From Minisyncoccota bacterium (lineage in GTDB: Bacteria; Patescibacteriota; JACMRA01), in contig JAYWGL010000009.1 in NCBI GenBank assembly GCA_043778275.1, forward strand, positions 1 through 51,797: a stretch of DNA of 51,797 bases, in the 5' to 3' direction. Position numbers and translations under genes: made by a program. The notes below the pieces were generated by a model, which ran no database searches, was not told the origin of the DNA, and was given only the letters and a program-made list of their open reading frames with translations. Each line of letters starts with the position of its first letter. The stretch's first letter is position 1. Positions 8,869-17,125 of the stretch are shown here, in pieces.

Positions 8869-10332
8869 ATGCCAAAAATAAGCTCAACTAAAATTAATCA
8901 AAACTCTAACTTTGAACACTTTTTATCAATGGCGGATGAAAAAATTATCAGTGAGCCTGGCGAAACCAAATTAATAATCACCCTTGAAAATCGTATAAAA
9001 ATCCCCAAGGCAGCTGTCTCAACTGAATTATGGCAATGGATCCAGACTCAATTAACAATTGCCAATAGTCAATATCTAATGTTGCAACGCCTTGGTAAAA
9101 GTACTTGGAAGACCCCGCCTGAGTTTATCCTCTACGAATACGATACTTTTTATTATTATTTACCACGGGGATTTCTTGGTGAGTTACTGAAGTATTGTCA
9201 ACACCTTGGGCTGGAATTTGAGTTAATTGATAATCGGATAAAATACTCAGAGATTAATTATGAGTCTAGTATAGAACTGCGTAAATACCAATCTGAGGCT
9301 CTTACTCGGATTTCTAAATATCATTTTGGAGTTATTGTAGCCCCTCCTGGAAGCGGCAAAACCGTTATGGGATTGGAATTAGTAGCTAGATGTAAACAGC
9401 CAACCTTGATATTAGTTCACCGAAAAGAGCTTCTGGATCAGTGGGTTGAACGGGCTGTAAGTTTTTTGGGAATAGAAAAAAAAGATATCGGCATAGTCGG
9501 TAGTGGCAAAAAAAAGTGGGGAGAAAAACTAACCGTAGCCACTATCCAGACATTATATACCATGCTCGATGAGCTGCCTGAGATAGCAAAGCAATTTGGG
9601 TTAGTTATTGTTGATGAATGTCATCATATCCCAGCTAATACCTTTGGGCAGGTAATTGAAAAGTTTAATCCTTTTTATATGTATGGGTTAACAGCAACGC
9701 CCCAGCGAAAGAATAACGATGAAAAGATGATTTTTACCAAGGTTGGTCAAATAATTATCACAATCAACCCCTTCACCGATGAACATTATGGCGGATCTCG
9801 CCCCAAGCCAAGAATTCATATTCGCGAAACCACTCTTCATATCCCATTTGACTATACTCAAGACACCTTCGAATTATTGAATAAAGTGGTAATATGTGAT
9901 GCAACTCGTAATCAAATGATAGTCAAAGACGTTCTAAAAGAAGTAAAAAATGGTAAAAAAATCTTGGTTTTGACAGAGCGAAAAGACCATGTCGAATTAC
10001 TCAATCTTTATCTTCGGTACTTCTGTGATGTTATACCCCTAACAGGTGATGACAACAAAACCCTGCGTAACAAAAAGCTTACTCAAGTCCGTAAAGACGA
10101 CTTTGATGTGTTAATCGCTACTGGGCAGTTGATGGGTGAGGGGGTGGATATTAGTAATCTGGATTGTTTATTTTTGGTTTATCCGTTTAGCTTTGAGGGT
10201 AAATTAATTCAGTATATCGGACGAATCCAAAGAACCAAGAATGAGCAAGTTATCTATGATTATAGAGATATTAATATCCCATTCCTAGAAAAGCAATTCA
10301 AAAAAAGATATAGTTACTACAGCGAATTATAA
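8869..10332 (+). CDS. superfamily-2 DEAH-box helicase (ResIII/XPB-like core) with an uncharacterised N-terminal domain
   Basis: LRKYQSEAL, Walker A APPGSGKT, motif II VDECHH, motif III LTATP, motif VI QYIGRIQR. The ATG lies 4 nt after the dnaB stop. Confidence 0.75.
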   Translation: MPKISSTKINQNSNFEHFLSMADEKIISEPGETKLIITLENRIKIPKAAVSTELWQWIQTQLTIANSQYLMLQRLGKSTWKTPPEFILYEYDTFYYYLPRGFLGELLKYCQHLGLEFELIDNRIKYSEINYESSIELRKYQSEALTRISKYHFGVIVAPPGSGKTVMGLELVARCKQPTLILVHRKELLDQWVERAVSFLGIEKKDIGIVGSGKKKWGEKLTVATIQTLYTMLDELPEIAKQFGLVIVDECHHIPANTFGQVIEKFNPFYMYGLTATPQRKNNDEKMIFTKVGQIIITINPFTDEHYGGSRPKPRIHIRETTLHIPFDYTQDTFELLNKVVICDATRNQMIVKDVLKEVKNGKKILVLTERKDHVELLNLYLRYFCDVIPLTGDDNKTLRNKKLTQVRKDDFDVLIATGQLMGEGVDISNLDCLFLVYPFSFEGKLIQYIGRIQRTKNEQVIYDYRDINIPFLEKQFKKRYSYYSEL

Positions 10333-10407
10333 ACTCGCCTAAATCTCGCCCGAGAAAAAACCTCCAGAAAAACTGAAGGTCAAAATCTGAATTAAGGTTG
10401 TATCTTA

Positions 10408-11358
10408 TTAAGCTCCTCGACGAGTTACGACTGAATAAGTTATAGCCCCAGTGATAACCATGGCGATTCCAGCCAAAAGCATAGAACTATTGATACCTGT
10501 TCGTGAGAGTACATCAACAACGGGTTTAGTCATATTAGTTACAGGCTTAACTGTATTGGTGACAGCTGTATTGACAGTGTTGACCACAGTCCCAACTAGA
10601 CCAGGATCTTGAATGGTTTTCCAGCTTACCGATCTTGAAGATACTTGCTTACCTCCATTAACTACAGTTGCATAAGCAGAAAAATCTCCAAGTTGGTCTA
10701 AGTCTCGTAGATCTCCGCTAAGAAGAGTATATTGCACATTTTCGGCTACCTGAGCTTCAACTGAACCAAATGGATTCACAAATGCTGATTGCTGAATTAA
10801 GCCTTTTAACTTGGGACTAAGATTGATATTATAGCTTCCTGCGTTATCGGCAACTACTTTTAGACTGATTTTTCGCCCTGAAGGTGTCGTAATAACGACT
10901 GTGGTCTGGATGAAACTTGCAACAACTAATTGTCCCTGACCATCTTTAAGTCTTATGTTTTCGACAAGTAAATTGTTATCTTGACCTACATAGATTATGG
11001 GTTTTGCTACACTCAAGTTGACATCCAGGTAATCAACTCCGCCAATATTAACTGTATGAATGATAAGACCTCCAGGGATAAAGTTATCTCCCACTGATTC
11101 TAAAATTGCGTTGATAAAATTTTGATTTTTAACATCTTGGAGCTGTTTTTTGATACAAGCCTTAAAAGTTGGGGCGTTAGGATTGCAAAAACATTTGTTA
11201 TTAATACGGATTTGACCGATAGGACATTTGGCACCTGCATAGTCAGGGTCAATAGAATCTTGGGCAGAAACATTGACCTGCGCTCCGATTAGTACTGAGA
11301 GTAAAATGAAGCCAGTTAATGCCAGGGCTGCTAGTTGTTTGAAGATATTGTTTGGCAT
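10408..11358 (-). CDS. secreted protein with LPXTG-like (LSRTG) C-terminal sorting signal
   Basis: N-terminal signal/anchor (LAALALTGFILLSVLIGAQVNVSA). The C-terminus is LSRTG, then 23 hydrophobic residues, then TRRGA. Confidence 0.6.
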   Translation of the reverse strand: MPNNIFKQLAALALTGFILLSVLIGAQVNVSAQDSIDPDYAGAKCPIGQIRINNKCFCNPNAPTFKACIKKQLQDVKNQNFINAILESVGDNFIPGGLIIHTVNIGGVDYLDVNLSVAKPIIYVGQDNNLLVENIRLKDGQGQLVVASFIQTTVVITTPSGRKISLKVVADNAGSYNINLSPKLKGLIQQSAFVNPFGSVEAQVAENVQYTLLSGDLRDLDQLGDFSAYATVVNGGKQVSSRSVSWKTIQDPGLVGTVVNTVNTAVTNTVKPVTNMTKPVVDVLSRTGINSSMLLAGIAMVITGAITYSVVTRRGA

Positions 11359-11470
11359 AATTTATTTTTTGGTGAATGAGTAAGCTTTGACTGATATAAA
11401 ATGTAACCAGGTTCAAAGTACTAATTCTCTTAGAAAACAAATTGCTTTTTGTCTAGGCATTAGTGTGTAG

Positions 11471-12361
11471 TTATCCAATAAGATGGTTATCCCAGATGAC
11501 CCATTGCATCCTCCCTGGTAAGTTACCCAAAAATTCCATATTTTTTAATTCCAGAGCTTTATAATAGAGTTTTTTATCAATTTGCATCAAGGCTTTAAGT
11601 ACAAATACAAGATTAGATATCTCAAAGTTGACCACAAAACCTGTTTTTATAATGTGATTATCGATACTTAGTTCTCTGAAGATTGAATTCTCCTCCTCTA
11701 TAATCTTATAGTCACGCACTTGACTAACATAATAATCCTTAACGGTTTTGGCTACCTCAACTGGGATTTGCTTAAACATATAGCGACTATGCTCTAATTG
11801 CTCACTTTCTCCATTAGCTATGTAAAAAGCCTCTTTGGCTAGGTTTTTGAACAAAATGGATTTGGCTAAGCGGTAATTCTCGAAGCCACCGTGAGAATCT
11901 AAATGCTCAGGATAAATATTTAGAAATATACCACCGATGAATTTACCTAGTCCAAAGTGACGGTTCTGCCTTAGTCCTTCACTAGACAATTCAATAACGG
12001 CATATTTACACCCATTTTTTACCATTTGTGAAAGCTCTTTTTGGAGATAGACAGCATCGATACTTGTCATCTTGTAGGGATTAATAATCTCGCCAGATTG
12101 CTCTCCAATAGAATTGATTACGGCAGTAGATAGGTAACCACTCTTGAGCCCGAGCTGGTTAAGTAATCTACCCAAAAAAATTGTACTACTAGTTTTGCCC
12201 TTAGTCCCAGTGATAGCAATGATTTTGAGCTTTCGAGCAGGTAGTCCAAAGAAAAGACTGGCTACAACTGCCTTTAGACCGTGTCCTATTGGGCGGATTG
12301 CATTAGTAAGATTGGCACCTAGGATTTTTTTTAGAAGTCGAAAAATTGGTTTAATATTCAT
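11471..12361 (-). CDS. Mur ligase family protein, central ATPase domain only (C-terminally truncated relative to MurE-type enzymes)
   Basis: P-loop ITGTKGKTSS, then ELSSEGL..NRH and NIYPEHLDSHGGFENYRLAKSILF (MurE-like central domain). The ORF ends 10 aa after the PGRMQ motif that normally opens the C-terminal domain. Confidence 0.6.
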   Translation of the reverse strand: MNIKPIFRLLKKILGANLTNAIRPIGHGLKAVVASLFFGLPARKLKIIAITGTKGKTSSTIFLGRLLNQLGLKSGYLSTAVINSIGEQSGEIINPYKMTSIDAVYLQKELSQMVKNGCKYAVIELSSEGLRQNRHFGLGKFIGGIFLNIYPEHLDSHGGFENYRLAKSILFKNLAKEAFYIANGESEQLEHSRYMFKQIPVEVAKTVKDYYVSQVRDYKIIEEENSIFRELSIDNHIIKTGFVVNFEISNLVFVLKALMQIDKKLYYKALELKNMEFLGNLPGRMQWVIWDNHLIG

Positions 12362-12572
12362 AAAATTCAGACAAGAGGGATGTATTTAACTAAAGTTTTT
12401 ATCAAAAAAATAATTCTGGCAATTGCTTATCTAATATTTAGGTTATTCTTGTGTCGCAATACTTATTTAATCAATAAAAGTCTGAGTTTTTTGTTTGTTG
12501 GTTTTGAATTAATATTTGACAATTTTATTTTTCTTAGAGATTGTATGTTTAAATCAATTTTAAAAAAAGATT

Positions 12573-12866
12573 ATGTCTATCCCAAAAAAACTAAACAGAA
12601 CAGAATTTATTGACGAACTAGCCAACAACCTAGGAGTATCAAAATCACAAGTAGAAAAATTCCTTAATGGCTTCATTGATCTAGTAACAGAAAAGCTAAC
12701 TTCTGGATTCAGCGTTAACCTAACCGGTTTTGGACTATTCAAAGTTGTTACAAGACAGCCAAGAATTGGTATTAATCCAAAAACAGCCCAAAAAATGGAT
12801 ATCCCAGCTTCAAAGTCCGTAGGATTTAAAGTAGGAAAAACCCTTAAAGAAGCGGTTAAAAAATAG
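12573..12866 (+). CDS. hup: HU/IHF-family nucleoid DNA-binding protein
   Basis: 97 aa with NRTEFIDELA...S...V..FLNGF...V...L..G..V.L.GFG.F.V..R..R.G.NP.T......PA......F..GK.LK. Confidence 0.85.
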   Translation: MSIPKKLNRTEFIDELANNLGVSKSQVEKFLNGFIDLVTEKLTSGFSVNLTGFGLFKVVTRQPRIGINPKTAQKMDIPASKSVGFKVGKTLKEAVKK

Positions 12867-12886
12867 TTCTCAGAACTAACCTAATT

Positions 12887-12910
12887 AGCCCCCAATAATG
12901 GGAGCTTTTT
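12887..12910 (+). terminator. rho-independent terminator after HU gene
   Basis: AGCCCCC / GGGAGCT stem (one mismatch) with loop AATAAT, followed by TTTTGTT. Confidence 0.45.
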
Positions 12911-12936
12911 GTTGACTAAAATTGAGAGATATAAAC

Positions 12937-13347
12937 TTATTTTACACCTATATTTTTCTGGTCACTTTCGTGCATAAACTTAGAGATGAAGAACTTAACT
13001 GCAATGAATACAATTAACATCAAAACTACAAAACTAATTGTCTCAGAGATCAGTGTTCCGTATTCTATGGACTGCGTAACAGAACTTTGAACTTTGGTAA
13101 CCTTGTCTGTGACTGTTGTTGTAATTAAGTCTAATTTGCCATCTGGGCTAAACTTTACTAAAGCTAAGATGCTTTTTACTAACGGATCCACAACTGTCTT
13201 AACGATAGCGTCTACATAGTCTTTTACTGCACTACCAACGATAATACCGATCGCTAAACCGATAACACCGAATTGCTTCATAAATTCAAAAAATTCTCCC
13301 ATTAGGTTTTTAGCTCCCGCAGCTCCTTTGTTTAGATTGTTATTCAT
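12937..13347 (-). CDS. mscL: large-conductance mechanosensitive channel MscL
   Basis: 136 aa. EFFEFMKQFGVIGLAIGIIVGSAVKDYVDAIVKTVVDPL corresponds to the MscL TM1 block. A second TM (ISFVVLMLIVFIAVKFFISK) is present. Confidence 0.8.
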   Translation of the reverse strand: MNNNLNKGAAGAKNLMGEFFEFMKQFGVIGLAIGIIVGSAVKDYVDAIVKTVVDPLVKSILALVKFSPDGKLDLITTTVTDKVTKVQSSVTQSIEYGTLISETISFVVLMLIVFIAVKFFISKFMHESDQKNIGVK

Positions 13348-13499
13348 AATTGTATGGTTAATAATAATATATTATTTTTATATTTTAGATATTAGATATT
13401 TTTAACACATAACTAGCCATTAACAAAATTTTAAGTTTTGGCAAGTCGGGAATTAACACTGTACAATTATTAGAACTAGTCAGACAGACCTAAATCAAG

Positions 13500-13523
13500 A
13501 AAAAAACTAGAATAAATCTAGTT
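13500..13523 (-). terminator. rho-independent terminator after the fasciclin-domain gene
   Basis: On the minus strand, AACTAGA-TTTAT-TCTAGTT hairpin followed by a T-run, 8 nt after the stop codon. Confidence 0.6.
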
Positions 13524-13530
13524 ATGACAG

Positions 13531-14328
13531 CTAATCATTTTTGACTCGTACGGGTCGGATTATGAATCTAAGACCAGCTCCAATTAGACTCATAATTAGA
13601 ACAGTAGTTGAGACTACAAAACTAGCACCTGTTCTAGGTGTCTCTGTAGTTGCAGGGGAGGCTTCGGTAGAATTTTCACTAGCACTTGTCTGAGACATAG
13701 AATTGGATTGATTGGATTGATTGGATTGAGTAGATTGACTGTTTTGGGACATTTGTGAGTTGTTTGAAGCAGCTGCCCCACCAAGAGCTTCAACATTAAT
13801 ACTACCAGGGGTTAAAACTTCATCAATAATATGAAGGACTCCATTGCTTGCTTTGATATCAATTTTTGATAGGTTAACTTTATCGTTAAGTAGTATTTGA
13901 GAGCTTGTTAGTTTGATATTGAGTTCTGACCCTTCAAGTGTCTTTACTGTTTTGCTAGAGACAATCTGTACTCCGTTTACAACTCCGCTTAAAAGGTGAT
14001 AATTTAGCAACTTAGATAAAGAATCTTTACTCTCTTCCTTCAGCAAGTTTTCTAAGATAGGCTTTGGTAATTTTTCGAAGGCTTGGTTATTAGGTGCTAA
14101 GATTGTATATTTATCACCATCGGCCTTGGATAAATTTGACTCTAGCCCAATTTTTTGAATAGCTTCTTTGAGTATTGAGAATTGGCTATCTTCTGAGATT
14201 ATTTTGAATAGATTTGAATCCTCGGCATAAGCATTAATTCCAGAGCAAATAATAGTTAAACTTAGAATGGATGTTGTCAGTAGAATTTTGGTAGTCTTTG
14301 AAATTGTGTTTCGAATAAAAGATTGCAT
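13531..14328 (-). CDS. secreted fasciclin (FAS1)-domain protein with Ser/Gln/Asn-rich stalk and LPXTG-like (TPRTG) tail
   Basis: Signal peptide, then a FAS1 pattern (YTILAPNNQAFEKLP...LLNYHLLSG...NGVLHIIDEVL). An SQNSQSTQSNQSNQSN stalk follows. The C-terminus is TPRTG, then 19 hydrophobic residues, then a basic tail. Confidence 0.75.
   Translation of the reverse strand: MQSFIRNTISKTTKILLTTSILSLTIICSGINAYAEDSNLFKIISEDSQFSILKEAIQKIGLESNLSKADGDKYTILAPNNQAFEKLPKPILENLLKEESKDSLSKLLNYHLLSGVVNGVQIVSSKTVKTLEGSELNIKLTSSQILLNDKVNLSKIDIKASNGVLHIIDEVLTPGSINVEALGGAAASNNSQMSQNSQSTQSNQSNQSNSMSQTSASENSTEASPATTETPRTGASFVVSTTVLIMSLIGAGLRFIIRPVRVKND
13702..13728. repeat. 3 x 9-bp perfect tandem repeat (ATTGGATTG) inside the fasciclin gene stalk
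   Basis: Copies at 13702-13710, 13711-13719 and 13720-13728. They are in frame and encode the QSN repeats. Confidence 0.8.
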
Positions 14329-14479
14329 AAATTAAGTGTTATAGGTATTAAAACAAGCTAACCCATACAACAAAAAAACACTCCTGACAAGTTATAACCT
14401 AGATAATTAATTTAGATTAGACTCAAAAGAGTGTTTTTACAAGTATATTTTAACTACTTAAACTTTTTGTTTTAGATTA

Positions 14480-15016
14480 TTACTTAGCAGAGTTAGTAGT
14501 ACTATTTGGTGTCAATTTTATAAATACAACTGATCTCACACCTTCTTCAGCCATCATTTCAGGAAATAAACCACCTTTGATATCTTTCCATATTTTGTCG
14601 GGAGCTGACCCTAGCCGAGTTGCTAGATTAGCCCCTTTAATTTCTAATGTATATTTTTTTGACAGGATTCCTAAAACTCGATCTAAATCTTTCATATCTC
14701 CAAATACATATTTATCACCATTTTCTAATGTAACTGTCCTAAAATCTATCAAATCATTAAATTCTGAGACGGTTTCAATTCTACTAGTGTTTAAAAGTAA
14801 TTTGGCAAGCTCTTGAGGATTAGTCGGTAAGTTCATTTTAGCTTTCATTTCCATTCTCGGAGGTTTAGGATCTGAATCTATTTCTTGCGCAAAAGCAGCT
14901 GGAGTTGGCATATACATTATTGCAGATAAACCTAATGTTGTTGCTGTAATCATAGTAGCTTGTTGAAGCCTTTGTAGTAAAAGATTTTTTTGAGGTTGAA
15001 ATTCGTCTTGTGGCAT
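14480..15016 (-). CDS. secreted hypothetical protein
   Basis: 178-aa ORF with a signal-like segment (MITATTLGLSAIMYMPTPAAFAQE). A perfect consensus promoter lies directly upstream. Confidence 0.55.
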   Translation of the reverse strand: MPQDEFQPQKNLLLQRLQQATMITATTLGLSAIMYMPTPAAFAQEIDSDPKPPRMEMKAKMNLPTNPQELAKLLLNTSRIETVSEFNDLIDFRTVTLENGDKYVFGDMKDLDRVLGILSKKYTLEIKGANLATRLGSAPDKIWKDIKGGLFPEMMAEEGVRSVVFIKLTPNSTTNSAK

Positions 15017-15024
15017 ACAGCTTA

Positions 15025-15053
15025 ATTATAATAAGCTACTGTGAAGCTGTCAA
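15025..15053 (-). promoter_or_regulatory. consensus sigma70 promoter TTGACA-N17-TATAAT, 8 nt from ATG (leaderless geometry)
   Basis: The minus strand reads TTGACA gcttcacagtagcttat TATAAT taagctgt ATG. Confidence 0.65.
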
Positions 15054-15373
15054 GAAATTGTCACGAAATTGTATAAACTAAGTGATATTGGATTACTAGA
15101 ACTTATGACTTAGTTAGATTCTTCGGCTTAAAATTTTTTTGACAGGGGTTATTTAGTTGATTCTAATCAAACTTATGTGGTTAACAACGCTTTGCAACTC
15201 CGAGTTCTCTTGATAAAACTGATAGTTGACAGACAATTATTTCTTTACTAGCTTTTTAATAGAGCCGATAAATAGACACTTCTCATCTAAGTTATCATAT
15301 TTTTTGATTTCTAATACTAGCCCTATTACTCCAAAAAAAACTTTTCAAAAAAACAACCGACAAATTTCGCATA

Positions 15374-17011
15374 ATGACAGTCATAAACGCTTATTGGAAC
15401 TGTGTCCAAGACGACCTCAAACTCAAGATTTCCTTGAGTCAGTATCAAGCGTGGTTGAGTCGAGTCAATTTTGTAAAAACCACCAATCTTGGTAAGAACG
15501 CCATCTTAGAAGTCCCTTCAAAATTCAATAAAGAGCGTATCGAAAAAAAATACAAGGAAGACCTTTTGACCTCTCTCAATAAGTACTATCCTAAAGTTAC
15601 CCAGATTGACTTTATTATCAAAGAACCAACTGAAGACGAACTATATGATCAAGATAAATTTGTAGAGGCTCTAATAGCTAGCCAAAGCAGCCAAGACACA
15701 AAGGGTCAAGTAAAAGAAAAATCAGAGCAGCAAAACTATAATCGAGGTTATACTAAATCAAAAATGCATGACTCAGGAGTCTCTTCCCAGGATCTAATCG
15801 TTAATTCTGACCAAGATATCCAGCCCTTAATTACCTATTCAGTTCTCCCTAAGCAAAATATTCATAATCTTAACTCCAAGCTCACCTTTGAAAATTTGAT
15901 TTCGACTACTTATAACGAGTTAGCTATAAGCGTAGCTCACGCCATCATAAAAAAACCAGGGCAATTGTACAATCCTGTATTTATCCATTCTTCCACTGGG
16001 CTTGGTAAAACTCATCTTCTTCAAGCAATTGGACATAAGGTTTTAGAAGTCTATCCTAATTATAATATTAGATATACGACCTCCGAAACTTTTCTTAATC
16101 ACTACACTGCCTGCATGCAAAAAGGTCGAGGTAACGAATTCCACGAATATTATCGCTCAGTGGATATACTTCTGATAGACGACATTCAATTTATTACTAA
16201 TAAAGTTTCTACCCAAGAAGTTTTATTTCACACCTTTAACGAATTACATCAACAAAACAAACAAATTATTTTTACCTCTGATCGCAGCCCAAAACAGCTT
16301 AGTGGATTCCAGGATCGTTTGATTAGCCGTTTTGAATCTGGGGTTGTTCTAGACCTTGGGCAACCAACCACCGAAGATCGAATTGCCATTATCCAACATA
16401 AGCTCCAGACACTTGGTATCGCTCTCAATGACAAGTATATTCATCTCCTGGCTGAAAATATCCAAACAAATATTCGGGATTTAGAAGGTGTCCTTAATCA
16501 GATAAAAGCTCGTTGTACATTCCAACCTGACTTAGCTATCGATGAGATCTTTATGACTAAGATTCTATCTCCTTATATCGGAATTATCAATCAAGGTTCA
16601 ATGCAATTTACTTACAATCCTACAAGTCTTATTGAGCATAATCAGGTCTTAAGTCAGTTACCAGTCCTTGCAGCCAATAACCCAATTAAGTTAAGTAAGC
16701 GTGCCAAAGTAGAACTTCGAGGATCTAGGCATACGGATTACAATAAAATCTTCGAAATAATTGCAATTAAGCTCCACGTCTCCAAAGAAGAAGTCATGTC
16801 AAAAAAACGGGATAAAAACACAGCTCTAGCCCGCCAAATCATAATGTATTCTCTAATAAAAAAATACGGATTAAGTACAACTAAGGTTGGGCAGCTTATC
16901 GGAGGGCGAAAACACCCAACTGTCCTTCACGCCATAAAGTCTATCCAAAATAAATCTCTCAAAAATAAACAATTCCAAGATATGGTTAGTATGATCTTAG
17001 TCCAAGGCTAA
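15374..17011 (+). CDS. dnaA: chromosomal replication initiator DnaA
   Basis: AAA+ Walker A SSTGLGKTHLLQAIGH, Walker B LLIDDIQF, sensor FTSDR. The C-terminal DNA-binding domain reads RQIIMYSLIKKYGLSTTKVGQLIGGRKHPTVLHAIKSI. 545 aa with a long linker. Confidence 0.9.
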   Translation: MTVINAYWNCVQDDLKLKISLSQYQAWLSRVNFVKTTNLGKNAILEVPSKFNKERIEKKYKEDLLTSLNKYYPKVTQIDFIIKEPTEDELYDQDKFVEALIASQSSQDTKGQVKEKSEQQNYNRGYTKSKMHDSGVSSQDLIVNSDQDIQPLITYSVLPKQNIHNLNSKLTFENLISTTYNELAISVAHAIIKKPGQLYNPVFIHSSTGLGKTHLLQAIGHKVLEVYPNYNIRYTTSETFLNHYTACMQKGRGNEFHEYYRSVDILLIDDIQFITNKVSTQEVLFHTFNELHQQNKQIIFTSDRSPKQLSGFQDRLISRFESGVVLDLGQPTTEDRIAIIQHKLQTLGIALNDKYIHLLAENIQTNIRDLEGVLNQIKARCTFQPDLAIDEIFMTKILSPYIGIINQGSMQFTYNPTSLIEHNQVLSQLPVLAANNPIKLSKRAKVELRGSRHTDYNKIFEIIAIKLHVSKEEVMSKKRDKNTALARQIIMYSLIKKYGLSTTKVGQLIGGRKHPTVLHAIKSIQNKSLKNKQFQDMVSMILVQG

Positions 17012-17125
17012 TCAAATAATCATGAAAGAACCCGTCGCCAATCTAACTGTCAAGATGGAGTCACGGATGATTAACGGGCGTAAGCTCTACTTCATACAAG
17101 AATTTATTGAATTGTTTTCACAGGG

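Noticed and set aside
13348-13420. Extremely AT-rich stretch with short TAGATAT repeats upstream of mscL as a replication-origin unwinding element.
   Set aside because: It lies 2 kb from dnaA with no DnaA-box cluster nearby. It is more simply the mscL promoter region.
15226-15495. 89-aa ORF overlapping the dnaA start region.
   Set aside because: It begins at a TTG that is actually part of a TTGACA promoter-like hexamer. It runs out of frame into dnaA and has no motif, so it was treated as non-coding leader.
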